Shown piece by piece: positions 48,745 through 60,629 of a stretch of DNA of 64,000 nt. Both the position numbers and the translations under genes were made by a program. The stretch spans positions 216,286 to 280,285 of IMG/VR virus record IMGVR_UViG_3300032167_000002. One strand, written 5' to 3'. Within the stretch, counting starts at the first letter, position 1. Each line of letters begins with the position of its first letter. This DNA is from a virus. Taxonomy: Duplodnaviria > Heunggongvirae > Uroviricota > Caudoviricetes. The notes under the pieces are model-generated. The model saw nothing but the letters and a program-made list of their open reading frames with translations, was not told where the DNA came from and did no database searches.

Positions 48745-49101
48745 ATGAGAGCTTCGAGAGGCGAAATCAAGATCGAAGAAATCTTGAAGGAAGCAGAACT
48801 CCCTTTCAAAATGGAGTATACTTTCCAAGACTTAAGGAGTCCAAATGGTCGCCCTTTGAGATTTGATTTTGTTGTTTTTGATGATGATGGAAGAATTGAT
48901 TTTATTATCGAATATCAAGGTAAATAGCATTATGAGCCAAGCGCAAAATTCGGTGGTAAAAAAGGCTTCTTCCAACAATAGTATAATGATAACATGAAAC
49001 GACGTTTTTGTGCTATACATGATTTCAAATTAATAGAAATTCCATATACTGACGAGAATTTAATTTCCTATGATTATATTATGAATTTAGCAGGATATTA
49101 A
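48745..49101 (+). CDS. PD-(D/E)xK nuclease-fold protein (DUF559 or Vsr-like) with two in-frame TAG
   Basis: FDFVVFDDDGRIDFIIEYQGK. Confidence 0.4.
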
Positions 49102-49114
49102 AGGAGGTGGAGTT

Positions 49115-50764
49115 TTGGAAGAATTGACTAGACAAGAAGAAATCCGTGCCAAAGGTTTTGATATGGGTGGAACAACTTATGGTAAGATCAAGATTGGAAC
49201 AAAGCAACTTGAAGATGCTGTCCTAAATCTCGGCTCCATCCAAAGAGAAGGTAAAAATCAAATCAATAAGGCAGTTATTTATCGTGCGCTTGCTGATAAT
49301 GATGTCGAAAAATTGAGAGAGATTTCTAATTACTTCTATAAAACTAGCGGTATTTATCAAAGAGTATGTAATTATTTTGCTACGATGTATAGATATGATT
49401 GGTATGTTGTACCAGAGGTTTATGATACAACAGTTAAGGAAGATAAGATTGTTGGTGATTTCCATAAGGTTTTGAATTATTTAGATAATTCGTATATCAA
49501 GAAAGTTTGTGGTGATATGGCTCTTGGCGTTATCAAGAATGGCGCTTATTATGGTTATATTGTTCCAACTGCAAATGGTATTGTTATCCAGGAGTTGCCA
49601 GTAAATTTCTGTCGTTCTCGTTTTAGTGTAGGTAATTTACCTGCGGTCGAGTTCAATATGAAGTTTTTTGATGTTATGTTCCCAGACACTAATGAGAGAA
49701 TCAAAGTATTGAATTTGTTCCCCGACGAATTTAAGAAAGGATATATCGCTTATAAAAATGGTAAGCTAAATCCTTATCGTACCAATGGTGAACCAACAAG
49801 CACTGGTGGTATTATGGCTCGTCGTTGGATTGATGAATCTGGATGGTATCTTTTGGAAACTGAGCGAACTGTAAAGTTTAGTTTTAGTAATGGTGGTTTT
49901 GGTGGCGCAGACATTCCTTTGTTTGTAAATGCCATTCCTGCTATTTTGGATTTGGATGCTGCTCAAGATCTAGATCGTCGTAAGCAAATGCAGAAATTAT
50001 TGAAAATTGTAGTTCAGAAATTGCCAATGGATAAAAATGGTGATTTGATTTTTGACGTAGATGAAGCAAGAGATATTCATAATAATGCGGTTCAAATGTT
50101 GAGACGTGCGGTCGGCGTTGACGTACTGACTACTTTTGCGGATATTGATAGCATTGATATGTCAGATAAAAATACTACTACTTCCCAAGACGACTTGATG
50201 AAGGTTGAACGTACTGTATATAATGCTTTTGGTGTTTCCAGTAATATGTTCAATACTGATGGTAACTTATCATTAGAAAAGTCTGTTTTGAATGATGAGG
50301 GTAGTGTACGAACTCTATTATTACAATTTGGTGTGTTCTTTGATAGACTGACCCAGGCTTGCGGAGCTAATAAAAAGAAATATAATTTCAGATTATATAT
50401 GTTAGAAACTACTCAATATAACTATAAAGAGTTATCAAAGTTATATAAGGAGCAAGTTCAAATTGGATATTCCAAGATGCTTCCATAGATTGCTCTTGGA
50501 CATTCTCAAAGCTCTATTTTGAATACTGCTTATTTTGAGAATGAAGTTTTACATCTGAGTGAGATTATGATTCCTCCCGTTATGTCTTCTACAATGAAAA
50601 TGGAAGATTTGAAGGGCAATTCTCAACAGACTCAAACTAACAAAACTCAAAGTAATACAGGAGGATAGAAAGTTGCTTCTGGTGATAAGCCTGCGGGCCG
50701 GCCGGAGAAACCCGACGATCAGAAGAGTACTAAGACTATCCAAAATAAAGAATCTATGAGTTAA
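49115..50764 (+). CDS. Probable portal protein (549 codons) with two in-frame TAG
   Basis: Large ORF immediately after TerL; TTG start after AGGAGG; TAA stop. Confidence 0.4.
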
Positions 50765-50772
50765 GGAGGACA

Positions 50773-52320
50773 ATGATGCATACAAGTATTAAATTAGATA
50801 CTCCTATCGAGTTTATCAACATCACTCCTCTAAATCCTTTGATTTCAAAATGTCAAATTAAAGTATGTTATGTAGGTGATGAACCCAATAGAAATAGAAG
50901 TATCATCACTAAGGAAACTGCTAAGCAAATGGCAAATTCTTTGCCAGGTTGCCCCATCGTTGGTTTCTATAATGAAGAGACCAAGGATTTTGAAGAGCAT
51001 AATCGCATTATTGATATTTCAAATGGCAAATTTGAAATCAAGGATACTACAAGACCTTATGGTTTTGTTGATTTGAATGCGAAGGTCTGGTTCCAGAAGT
51101 TCCTGGATGATGGAATGAACGAGCGCGAGTATTTGATGACTGAAGGTTGGTTATGGATCGGTCAGTATCCCGAGTGCCGTAGAATTTTATCCCAGGGTAA
51201 TAATCACTCCATGGAGCTGGATGAAGATACAATTGACGCTCATTGGACAAAAGATGGTAATGGAAATCCCAAGTTTTTTATTATCAATGAAGCAATTATT
51301 TCTAAACTTTGCACTCTTGGTGTAAATAATGAACCCTGTTTCGAGGGATCTCAAATCACTGCACCAATTATTCAATTCGCTTTTGAAGATGGTTTTAAAG
51401 AGCAGTTATTCTCTATGATGAACGAATTGAAAGAATATTTGAATAAGGAGGAGAAAAAAGTGTTTACTAGATATGCTGTTGAAATCGGTGACGCTTTATG
51501 GACCGCTCTTTATAGCCATGTAGAAGGTACTTACGGCATCGAGAGCGTTTGTGAGGATGGCGAGCAGAAGTTCGCAGTTCTGACTTCCGATGATAAGTAT
51601 TACCGTTTAGACTTCTCCATCAACGAGGAAAATGTAGTTGAGTTTGCGGCCGAGGCTACCTTACTGGAAGAATATGCCCCAGAGGAAGAGCCCCAGTTCG
51701 ACCCAGCTGCTGTCGCAGAGTATAAGGCCAAGAAGGATGAGGAAAAGAATCCTCCCAAGAAGGACGACGACGACGATGATGACAATGACGATGATGAGGA
51801 GAAATGCCCCAAGTGCGGCAAGCCTAAGGACGAGTGCACATGCGACGACGAAGGCGATGATGACGATGATGATGACAAGAAAAAGGGCAAGAAAGCAAAA
51901 TACAATCTTGATGAAATTCAAGAATATGTAGAGCTAAGCGAAAAATATTCTGCTATGGAAACTGATTACAGTGCCGCACAGCAGAAGATTGCCGATCTGG
52001 AAGCCCAGGTCAGCGCTTTGACTGAATTCAAGAATAAGGTTGATCGTGCTGAAAAGCAGAAGATGATTGATAGCTTCTCTGTTCTTTCTGATGAAGAGAA
52101 GAAAGATGTTATCGACAACATTGACACTTATTCTGTTGATGAAATTGAAGCTAAGCTAGCAGTTATTTGTGTTCGCAACAAGGTCAGTTTCAGCCTTGAT
52201 GATGATGATAAGGGCGAAAAGAAAGACCCAACCACTTTCAATTTAAATGGTGGCGTACCAGGTGACGAGACCGTACCTGCTTGGGTAAAAGTTCTTCGTT
52301 CTGTTGCGAGTGAAATGTAA
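50773..52320 (+). CDS. Acidic coiled-coil protein with poly-Asp tract and CxxC pair; scaffold-like candidate
   Basis: KKDDDDDDDNDDDEEKCPKCGKPKDECTCDDEGDDDDDDD followed by a coiled coil. Confidence 0.35.
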   Translation: MMHTSIKLDTPIEFINITPLNPLISKCQIKVCYVGDEPNRNRSIITKETAKQMANSLPGCPIVGFYNEETKDFEEHNRIIDISNGKFEIKDTTRPYGFVDLNAKVWFQKFLDDGMNEREYLMTEGWLWIGQYPECRRILSQGNNHSMELDEDTIDAHWTKDGNGNPKFFIINEAIISKLCTLGVNNEPCFEGSQITAPIIQFAFEDGFKEQLFSMMNELKEYLNKEEKKVFTRYAVEIGDALWTALYSHVEGTYGIESVCEDGEQKFAVLTSDDKYYRLDFSINEENVVEFAAEATLLEEYAPEEEPQFDPAAVAEYKAKKDEEKNPPKKDDDDDDDNDDDEEKCPKCGKPKDECTCDDEGDDDDDDDKKKGKKAKYNLDEIQEYVELSEKYSAMETDYSAAQQKIADLEAQVSALTEFKNKVDRAEKQKMIDSFSVLSDEEKKDVIDNIDTYSVDEIEAKLAVICVRNKVSFSLDDDDKGEKKDPTTFNLNGGVPGDETVPAWVKVLRSVASEM

Positions 52321-52346
52321 AAAACTAATAAGGAGGAAATATAGAA

Positions 52347-53174
52347 ATGCTTAGAGAAATTTTGAAAAAGCATATTAAGTCTCAGGCTAAGTATGTTGAA
52401 GTTGGCTATGGCCAGGTTGAGCCTAACCATCTGTCCGCACAGCGTACCGCCCAGATTTATGCTCAGTTACCTGCTGATCCCTCTATTGAGATTTTAGAGC
52501 AGGGACAGTTTGTTAAGTATGACTATGCAGCTGGCCTTGTAAACTTTACTGGTGCAGGCGAATGGATGTTGGTCTACAACGAAACCAAGCTGTATCGTGA
52601 GCATCAGTTAGATTGCGAGTTCGCAATGATTAAGGGCAACTATCAGGCCCGTGTTTACAGCCCTCTGGATGGCAATAAGTCCGCTGAGGAGATGTATGGT
52701 CCCACTCGTTTGCTGCAGGGACGCCGCGAGAAGTGGGATGGCGAGAAGTTCGTTGAGTTGGCAGAGGTAAAGGATCCTCAGGGTGACGGTTCTGTTGCTG
52801 ACTATAGTGTAGCTTCTGAAGTATATGATTACTATGAGATGGGCGATATTAATAATCCCGATATTGAGGAAGATTATCGCAAGCGTTTGTTTATGAAGCT
52901 TCGTGCTGTTAAGCATCCTGAAGCTATGATGCCCGCAGGTACCACTATGGTTCCTCGTGTATTCAAGACCAATGTTGGTGACCACTACACTACTAACATG
53001 GTAAATGAAGATGTATTGGCTGTTAACGATCTGTTGACTCCTCAGCCTGGTGCAGAGGGCAAGGGTATCTTGGCTAAGGCCGGTGCCGATTCTGCTGATA
53101 TGCAGTGGCAGGTTGTTAAGGTTTACACTATGCCTGACCATCAGCGCGGTGTAAAGATCTTGAGAATTAAGTAA
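52347..53174 (+). CDS. Structural protein candidate (275 aa) with GC3-rich codons
   Basis: Codon usage differs from the flanking AT-rich genes. Confidence 0.4.
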   Translation: MLREILKKHIKSQAKYVEVGYGQVEPNHLSAQRTAQIYAQLPADPSIEILEQGQFVKYDYAAGLVNFTGAGEWMLVYNETKLYREHQLDCEFAMIKGNYQARVYSPLDGNKSAEEMYGPTRLLQGRREKWDGEKFVELAEVKDPQGDGSVADYSVASEVYDYYEMGDINNPDIEEDYRKRLFMKLRAVKHPEAMMPAGTTMVPRVFKTNVGDHYTTNMVNEDVLAVNDLLTPQPGAEGKGILAKAGADSADMQWQVVKVYTMPDHQRGVKILRIK

Positions 53175-53193
53175 TTGAAAGGAGAGAAGAATA

Positions 53194-54303
53194 ATGGCTT
53201 TAGATAAGAAAAACTTAGTACAGCTAGCAAAGACTGTAGCAAAAGCTGATCCTTCTGCTTCCGTTTCTTACAGCTTCAACGGAGAGAACTTCTCCTACGA
53301 GGCATTGAACGAGACTCTGCGTCGTGAGTTCAATGAGATTGCTGGCACTTATTCTCTGTATCGTGAGAACAAGAATCTGATCTTCGCAGTTATCGAAGAG
53401 ACTTTAGACGAGGTTCTGCCTAAGAAGGTCGAGCAGGCTTATATGCAGTTCGCTGAGACCAAGCAGTTCGCTCAGGGCGACAAGCCCATCTTCCGTCGTA
53501 AGAGAGATGTACGTAGCCGCGCAAAGCAGTTCATCACTCGCGTTGGCTTGGCTGGTATTTACGAAGTCTTCAAGCTGGGTCCTGCTGAGGACGAGAGCTT
53601 CGAAGTTCGTACTAGCGCTATCGGTGGAGCCGCTCAGATCGGCTTCGAGGAGTTCCTGGATGGTCGTGTTGACTTCGCTGAAGTAACTGCTATCGTTATG
53701 GAAGGCATGGACGAGTTGATCTTCCGTGAGGTTGGTCATGCTCTGGCCGCTTCTGTAAATCAGTTGCCTCCTGCAAACATCGTTGTTGCTAACGACTTCG
53801 ACGAGAAAGAGTTCGATCGTTTACTGGTTATCGCTTCCGCTTACGGTGAGCCCACTATCTACTGCACTTACGAGTTCGCAGTAAAGATGGTTCCTACCGA
53901 GGGTTGGAGATACACTGAGTCCATGAAGCAGCAGTTGTGGGATACTGGTCATCTGGCTACCTACAAGGGCCGCAAGGTTGTTATCCTGCCTCAGGGCTTG
54001 GAAGACGAGACTAACACTCGCAAGGTAATCAATTCTGGTTACTGCTACATCATTCCTTCTGGCGCTGACAGCAAGCCTGTCAAGATTGCTTTCGAAGGCG
54101 GCACTATTGTTGATGAATACACTAATGCCGATCGTTCTCGTGAGATTCAGGTTTATAAGAAGGTTGGCGTTGTTGCTATGTTGGCTAACAACATTTGCGC
54201 TTACTGCGACACTTCTTTGATGAGCTTGGAGTTGGCTGATTCTATCTGGGATAGCTCCAACTACATTACTGAGGTAAAGGCTTATCATACCGAGAACGCC
54301 TAA
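53194..54303 (+). CDS. Major capsid protein candidate (369 aa)
   Basis: Highly biased codons, strong Shine-Dalgarno, and a strong terminator immediately downstream. Confidence 0.35.
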   Translation: MALDKKNLVQLAKTVAKADPSASVSYSFNGENFSYEALNETLRREFNEIAGTYSLYRENKNLIFAVIEETLDEVLPKKVEQAYMQFAETKQFAQGDKPIFRRKRDVRSRAKQFITRVGLAGIYEVFKLGPAEDESFEVRTSAIGGAAQIGFEEFLDGRVDFAEVTAIVMEGMDELIFREVGHALAASVNQLPPANIVVANDFDEKEFDRLLVIASAYGEPTIYCTYEFAVKMVPTEGWRYTESMKQQLWDTGHLATYKGRKVVILPQGLEDETNTRKVINSGYCYIIPSGADSKPVKIAFEGGTIVDEYTNADRSREIQVYKKVGVVAMLANNICAYCDTSLMSLELADSIWDSSNYITEVKAYHTENA

Positions 54304-54330
54304 TTTAGATATAATATAATATATACTTTT

Positions 54331-54370
54331 AGGGGAGGCGGGGACATCCCCACCTCCCCTTATTTTTATT
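54331..54370 (+). terminator. Strong rho-independent terminator
   Basis: AGGGGAGGCGGGG-ACAT-CCCCACCTCCCCT then a T-run. Confidence 0.7.
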
Positions 54371-54391
54371 TGAGAAAAAGGAGATAATAAT

Positions 54392-54991
54392 ATGAGCAAG
54401 AATACTTGTTTAGTAAAGAATAGAGGCGCAGGTCATGTGTCTTATAAGATTCCAGAAGATGGAGTTCGTCGTTCCTTCGCTCCTGGTGAGACTAAGGAAA
54501 TTAGCTACGCTGAGCTTGAGAAGCTGACCTTCCAGCCCGGTGGTATGGTTATTTTGACTAACTATTTGCAAATTATGGAGCAGGATGCTCTGAAGTCTTT
54601 CGGCATTCATGCTGAGCCTGAATATCATATGAGTGAGCGCGATGTTGCTAACTTGATTAAGACTGGTTCTTTGGATGCTTTCTTGGATGCTTTGGATTTC
54701 GCTCCCACTGCTGTAATTGATCTTATTAAGAAACTGAGTGTTGATATTCCTCTGGTCGATATGAATAAGCGCAAGGCTTTGAAGGAAAAGACTGGTTTTG
54801 ATGTTGACGCCGCTCTTCGTCACATTGAGGAAGAGAAGGAAGATAACCAGACTACTATCTTGAAGCAGACTGGCGAGCGCCGCGTAAAGGCGGAAGCTGC
54901 ACCTGCGGGCCGCAGAACTAATCCAGAGTATACCGCACCTGCCGCTCCTAAGTATAACGTTATCAAGAAGGCTGAAGAGGCCACTGAATAA
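54392..54991 (+). CDS. Hypothetical structural-module protein (199 aa)
   Basis: ORF. Confidence 0.45.
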   Translation: MSKNTCLVKNRGAGHVSYKIPEDGVRRSFAPGETKEISYAELEKLTFQPGGMVILTNYLQIMEQDALKSFGIHAEPEYHMSERDVANLIKTGSLDAFLDALDFAPTAVIDLIKKLSVDIPLVDMNKRKALKEKTGFDVDAALRHIEEEKEDNQTTILKQTGERRVKAEAAPAGRRTNPEYTAPAAPKYNVIKKAEEATE

Positions 54992-55013
54992 TATAAGATA
55001 AGGAGGCAATTAT

Positions 55014-55589
55014 ATGGCTGAGACACAATTTTCGGCTGTTTATAATCGCTTTCTTGGACAAATTACCGATGATTTGTATCTAGAATTAACGCCAGAAGAT
55101 ACTTTAAAAGATTTATAGAATCTTTTAATTAATGCTATCCCAGGTTTTGAGTTTCCTCGTTAGAATTTATATGATTATACAATTGAAGTTAAAGAAATTC
55201 CCGAGGATGATATCACTCCTGACGATTTTATTCTTGGTGTTGTATGGGGAGATATCATAGATACATCATTAACTCCTAATGTAATGGTAGATAAGTCTCG
55301 TTTTAACGTTGAACTTACTCCAGAAGAAATCAATATTTTGGCGCTTTTAATGAAACAAGGTTGGGTTTAGCGTCAAGTTACTTCCATTGAAAATACTAGA
55401 ATGAAATATAGCGGTTCTGATTTTAAAATGACTTCTTAGGCAAATCATTTGTCTAAATTGTTAACTTTATTAGAAGAGAGCCGTAGAGATTCATTCCATA
55501 TGCAAAGATTGTATAAGCGTAGAAAATTTGCGGATGGCAGTTACAAGAGTAACTGGTCCAGTCTAATGGAGGTAAGTGCCATTGACTAA
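55014..55589 (+). CDS. Hypothetical late protein with four in-frame TAG
   Basis: ATG after AGGAGG; TAA stop. Confidence 0.45.
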
Positions 55590-55884
55590 ATATAATTTTG
55601 AATTCAGTGGAGAAAGTATTGATGTAAATATTCGTCGTTTAACCAACCAATTATGGAAATTAATTCCAATGCGAGAGCACGACGAAGATTGGCCTAAACA
55701 ATTAGATACTGTTATTATTGAAATTGCGGGGTTAAATGAAATTTTTATGGCCCCGCATTTCTTGTAGCTGTTATGTAAATTAGAGGGACTAAAGATCTAG
55801 GAAACAGATTTTGAGCTATATAGAAAGACTGTGTTTGAAAGCATTAGTCTTTTACAGGAGCTAAACCATGGCATCAGGTTATGA
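55576..55884 (+). CDS. Small late protein; reads through the TAG at 55765 to a TGA stop
   Basis: GTG start; overlaps the next gene's ATG. Confidence 0.3.
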
Positions 55885-56920
55885 TTTAAGTAGTCGAGTC
55901 CCTTTTAGATTAATGCAAGGTCGATTGGGAGTTTATGATAAAAGACCGTTTGATGTAGATAAAACACCTGTTGAAGGTGTAGCTGATTAGGCTATTCGTT
56001 TACAACAAGCGGGCGGTAATAGATAGCAAGAACGCATGATTAAAGATAAACGTCGTTCTTTAGATCACGCAGTTTGGAATTCTTACCAAGCGGCGGAGGT
56101 CGTTAAAATTGATGCAGAGGATCGTAAACCGGTTCGCGCACTTATTAATCCGAATAAGCTGAAACAAGATTATGATGATAAGATTATTTCAGTTGGATTT
56201 GAATATAATTTTCACTGTGGTGATGTTTTTGAATGGTTAGGAACTAAAACTAAGTGGTTAATCTATTTACAAGATTTAACTGAGTTGGCATATTTTAGGG
56301 GAGATATTCGTAAGTGTTCTTATGAAATTATATGGAAAGATGAAGATGGCGAACATAAAACTTATGCTGCTATTCGAGGTCCAGTAGAAACTAAAATAAA
56401 TTTTATTCAAAAACATGGTATCAGTGTAGATACTCCTAATCACTCATTGAGTATTTTGATGCCAAAAAATGATTATGCAATGAATTATTTCAAACGATAT
56501 AGTAAATTCTATTTACAAGGTTGTGATACTTGTTGGAGGGTTGAAGCAACCGATTGGATTTCTACTCCTGGCATTTTAGAAGTTGTTGCTGTAGAATACT
56601 ACGCCAATGAAACCGAAGATGATATTGAAGCCGGTATTATTGGTGGTCTAATAGAAGAACCAAAAGATCCAAATATCGAACAAGGTAGAATGGAAATTTT
56701 AGGTGATACTTTTATTAAAATTAAAAAATCTTATGATTTTAATTTTGACGGAACTTTAGCTGCTGAGTGGAAAGTTGATAGTAGATATCCAGTTATATTA
56801 ACGCCAGATCCTCAAGATGCAAGACACATTTCTTTAAAATGGATTAGTTCTTATAGTGGTCAATTTGATTTATGGTATGGTACTTATAAGAAGACTATTA
56901 TTGTGGAATCATTGTTTTAA
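55868..56920 (+). CDS. Hypothetical late protein (about 351 aa) with two in-frame TAG
   Basis: Extends track ORF 56036..56920 upstream to the ATG at 55868. Confidence 0.45.
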
Positions 56921-56948
56921 TATGTGAGAGATAAAGGAGTGTATTAAA

Positions 56949-57542
56949 TTGAAGATTGAAACTTATAGTTATCCAAAATCTAGTTTTTTATCAGCTGAAA
57001 AAGATATGAATATTATCGTTCAAATGATTATGAAAAATGAACGTTTGAAAAAAATGCTTCATTATACAACTAGAGATTGTTTAAGTAAGCCAAATTTAAC
57101 AGAGGATGAAACTTTGGATTTATTTGGTAAGAATATTAAAATTGTCCCAAAACTTTATGTTGATGGTTCAGTATTAAATTATATTATTGTTAGTTTTGAT
57201 AATTTTACTACTAATACTACGAATCCAGAATTTAGGGATAATATTGTTGAATTTGATATTATATGTCATTTTGATCAATGGCATATGAGAGATTTTGAAT
57301 TGCGTCCATATAAAATTGCTGCTGAATTGGATTCTATGTTTAATGAAAAAAGATTGACAGGAATTGGTAAGTTAGAATTTTTAGGAGCAAATCAAATGAT
57401 TTTAACTGATGAATATGCTGGTTTATGTGTTATGTATCAAGCAATTCATGGAGATGAAGATAAACAAAAAATGCCTAATCCTAATACTGAAGCCGATATG
57501 GTTGCAAACTTTGATGCGATGTTTAATCCACAGAGAGCTTAA
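56949..57542 (+). CDS. Hypothetical protein (197 aa)
   Basis: ORF. Confidence 0.45.
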   Translation: MKIETYSYPKSSFLSAEKDMNIIVQMIMKNERLKKMLHYTTRDCLSKPNLTEDETLDLFGKNIKIVPKLYVDGSVLNYIIVSFDNFTTNTTNPEFRDNIVEFDIICHFDQWHMRDFELRPYKIAAELDSMFNEKRLTGIGKLEFLGANQMILTDEYAGLCVMYQAIHGDEDKQKMPNPNTEADMVANFDAMFNPQRA

Positions 57543-58267
57543 TGGATACTCGATTAAGTTTAATGTGTGGTACTGATTATCCAGTTCCGCAATGTTAGAT
57601 TATCATTCATTAGCCTCGCATTAAAGAAATTGCTTTTATCGGCGAATAGGATTTTTTTACAGGTGTTTAGTGTTTGTGTTTAAATAAATCAATGTTCGTT
57701 AAGGACGAAAGTGATTTATCAAATGTGAATAACTTTTAGATATTTATGACGATAATGTCAGAAAAAGAAGCAATAGATAAAAAAATTGCTGTATAGCAAG
57801 TTTGTACTTTATTTTTCCCAAAGTATAAAGTTGTATTCACTCCACGCTCTGTGCTTATTAGTGGAGAGGGATAGACCATGTAGATTGATGAAAGTAATTT
57901 TGAATATTTACAAACAGCAATTTCAAATATCTGTTGTATGAAAACTGGCCCTATGGATTAGACAGCTTTTAATCCCGCAAACTCAAAGGCAAGAGAAATC
58001 GCGGAAAAACTTATGCGTGGGCGCGCAAAAGTAGCTGCTGAAAAGGGGCAATCTAATACTAGTATATTTAGCCAATATCTTTCAATACTAACAGTGGGAT
58101 TGGGTTCAATGTCACTTTAGGATGCGATGGATTTAACCATGTTCCAATTATATGATCTAGTTGAAAGATATATGCTATATATTAATTGGGATATGGACGT
58201 TCGGTGCCGTTTGGCTGGCGGAAAACCAGATAGCTAGCCTGACAACTGGATGAAAAATATTCACTAA
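57542..58267 (+). CDS. Hypothetical late protein with eleven in-frame TAG
   Basis: Every internal stop is TAG; TAA terminates. Confidence 0.4.
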
Positions 58268-58293
58268 ATGAAAATTTAAGGAGGATATAAACC

Positions 58294-59289
58294 ATGAAAT
58301 TTGGTGTTCGCGAAATTTGTGATGTTGTTTTGAAGGCAAAGGCCGCACAGAAGATTGGTAACAAAATCTTCTATAAAAATGAGCCTGTTATTTACTTCGA
58401 CACTTTGAAGACCTCTAGCATGGAAGGCGCAGCTACCACTGTTTATGCACAGGGCGGTCGTGGTAACTCTCGTCTAGTTGCTTGGGAAGGTGAGCGTACT
58501 ATCACCTTCACTATGGAAGATGCTTTGATTTCTCCCGCTGGCTTTATGATTCTGTCTGGCGCAGGCTTGATTGAGGCTTCTGAGGCAACTCCTATTAAGG
58601 TTCATACTACTGAGCAGACTGACAATGTTGCTGTTGATCCTGATAGCGGTGTTGTTACCATTACTCTGAAAGAAGCTGCTTACAATGTAGCTGACGATGC
58701 TGAGGATTATGTTTATGTTATGCTGATGGAGAACGGCGAAGTTGTTTCTGAGCCTTTCATTCCCAGTGCTGTTGAGGGCAAGGTTTTAACTCTGTCTCCC
58801 GCTTGGGAAGATGAGGGTCGTACCGGCAATATCAAGCCTCGTGGCAATGATTTGTCTGGTTTCTACAACCATTGTGTTGTAATGGTTGATTACTATGTTG
58901 AGCGCAAGGGTAAGGCTCAGGAGATTACTATTACTCCCGATAAGTTCGGTGGTAACTACTACCTAGAGGCTTCTACTCTGTTCCGCACTCAGGATGGTGT
59001 CGATATGCCTGCAGAGTTTGTAATTCCTAACTGCAAGATTCAGTCTAACTTCACTTTCACTATGGCTTCTTCTGGCGATCCTTCCACCTTCACTTTCACT
59101 ATGGACGCATTCCCTGACTATACTCGTTTCGACAGAACTAAGAAAGTCTTGGCTGCTATCCAGATTATCGAAGGCGGTAATGAAGCTGAAGACATCATGC
59201 GTGTAAGCACTCATTCTTTGGACTATGCTGACGCAAATGGTATGATTACTGGCGCTCGTCCTTTCGCAGGATTTAACGCTGTTGAGTAA
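58294..59289 (+). CDS. Abundant structural protein candidate (major tail or capsid-associated, 331 aa)
   Basis: GC3-rich biased codons; strong terminator downstream. Confidence 0.4.
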   Translation: MKFGVREICDVVLKAKAAQKIGNKIFYKNEPVIYFDTLKTSSMEGAATTVYAQGGRGNSRLVAWEGERTITFTMEDALISPAGFMILSGAGLIEASEATPIKVHTTEQTDNVAVDPDSGVVTITLKEAAYNVADDAEDYVYVMLMENGEVVSEPFIPSAVEGKVLTLSPAWEDEGRTGNIKPRGNDLSGFYNHCVVMVDYYVERKGKAQEITITPDKFGGNYYLEASTLFRTQDGVDMPAEFVIPNCKIQSNFTFTMASSGDPSTFTFTMDAFPDYTRFDRTKKVLAAIQIIEGGNEAEDIMRVSTHSLDYADANGMITGARPFAGFNAVE

Positions 59290-59309
59290 TTGACAATTAA
59301 ATAAATTTA

Positions 59310-59350
59310 AGGGGAGAGGTTTTAAATAACCTCTCCCCTTTTTGTCGTTT
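59310..59350 (+). terminator. Strong rho-independent terminator
   Basis: GGGGAGAGGTTTTAAATAACCTCTCCCC then T5. Confidence 0.7.
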
Positions 59351-59369
59351 TGAGAGAAAGGAGAAAAAT

Positions 59370-60563
59370 ATGTTAGAAAGTTGGCAAAGTTTATTAAATA
59401 CTCCTATTGATACGTCTGGCTATGATTAGGCCATGCTTCATTATAAAAATTTAAAAGAAAAAATGTTAGATTAGATTACTAATTCAGCAAAAGTTAAATT
59501 AAAAAATGAAGAATATAAAAAATTTATTAATGATATAGATATGTTAATTTTACAAAACGCAAGTGGATGGGGAGAAGGCTATGAAAATGCTCAACGCACA
59601 TTAAATAATATTGAAGCAGCAGTAGTAAATTTAATTGAAAGTGGTTCAACTGCAGGAGCTAAAGAATTGTTGGAATCAATTCATAAACAAGTTTATGATA
59701 AAAAAGATAAAATTAAAAATGCCCAACAAACTTTTAAATAGAAATTAAATTTAAATAAAGATTTAATTTTTGCTGAATTAGGTATTAATAATCAATTTAT
59801 TGAAAATATGCTTAGTGTTCAAGGAACTTCTGGAGATACTGCTGATATTGTTGCACAAGCATCTTCATATTTTATTCGTTATTTATATAGTAAATTATTT
59901 AATGAGAAATCATTTGCTGAAGGCTCTCGTTTTAAATATGCGATGTCTTTAGGTGGTTATTATAAAGAGTTGCATGAGTATGAAGCTTTAGAAAAAGTAT
60001 TAAATAATTTTTTAAATGTTTATCATACTGGTGGTACAAAAATGAGCGGACGCGATACTGAAATGGATATTTTTATTTCAACATTAGATAACTTAGAAAA
60101 TGGATTAACGCAAAATGTAAAAGTTACTTAGATGATATCTTCTCTTTAGGAACCACCAGGGATTGAGGATATATTATTATCTTTGTCTCAATAGATTGAT
60201 AGTTTTGGTGAGTAGGTAAAATCTAAAAGTCTAGGGAAAAGTGATACATTTGAAATTGGTAATAGAGCAGATTTGTATTCTGCATTTTTAAGCGAAGGTG
60301 GAAATGAATATAGTTCTTTATAGGCTTTACATTTCTTAGCACGTTTTAAAAATATTTTATTAAGTTTAGGTGTATCTAATGTTTTATTTAGTTCTAATAA
60401 TAAAAGACAATGGATGGTTGATTTTATTGAAGATTTTAGAAGATAGTCATATTTACTGTCTTTTGTAAGACCAACAAATAAAGATAAATTAACTTCTAAA
60501 GTCGGATTAGAACAGTTATATACTTCATCCAGAAATTCTATTAGAAGTAGATTTTCAAATTAA
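59370..60563 (+). CDS. Hypothetical late protein with about nine in-frame TAG
   Basis: Merges track ORFs 59541..59741 and 59808..60131 (same frame). Confidence 0.4.
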
Positions 60564-60566
60564 AAT

Positions 60567-60595
60567 TTGACAACTAAGAAATTTTTTGGTATAAT
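60567..60595 (+). promoter_or_regulatory. Consensus promoter TTGACA-N17-TATAAT (plus)
   Basis: TTGACAACTAAGAAATTTTTTGGTATAAT, then AAGGAGG and ATG at 60630. Confidence 0.55.
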
Positions 60596-60629
60596 AATAT
60601 AAAAAGTGAGATAAAGGAGGAGTTTGACT

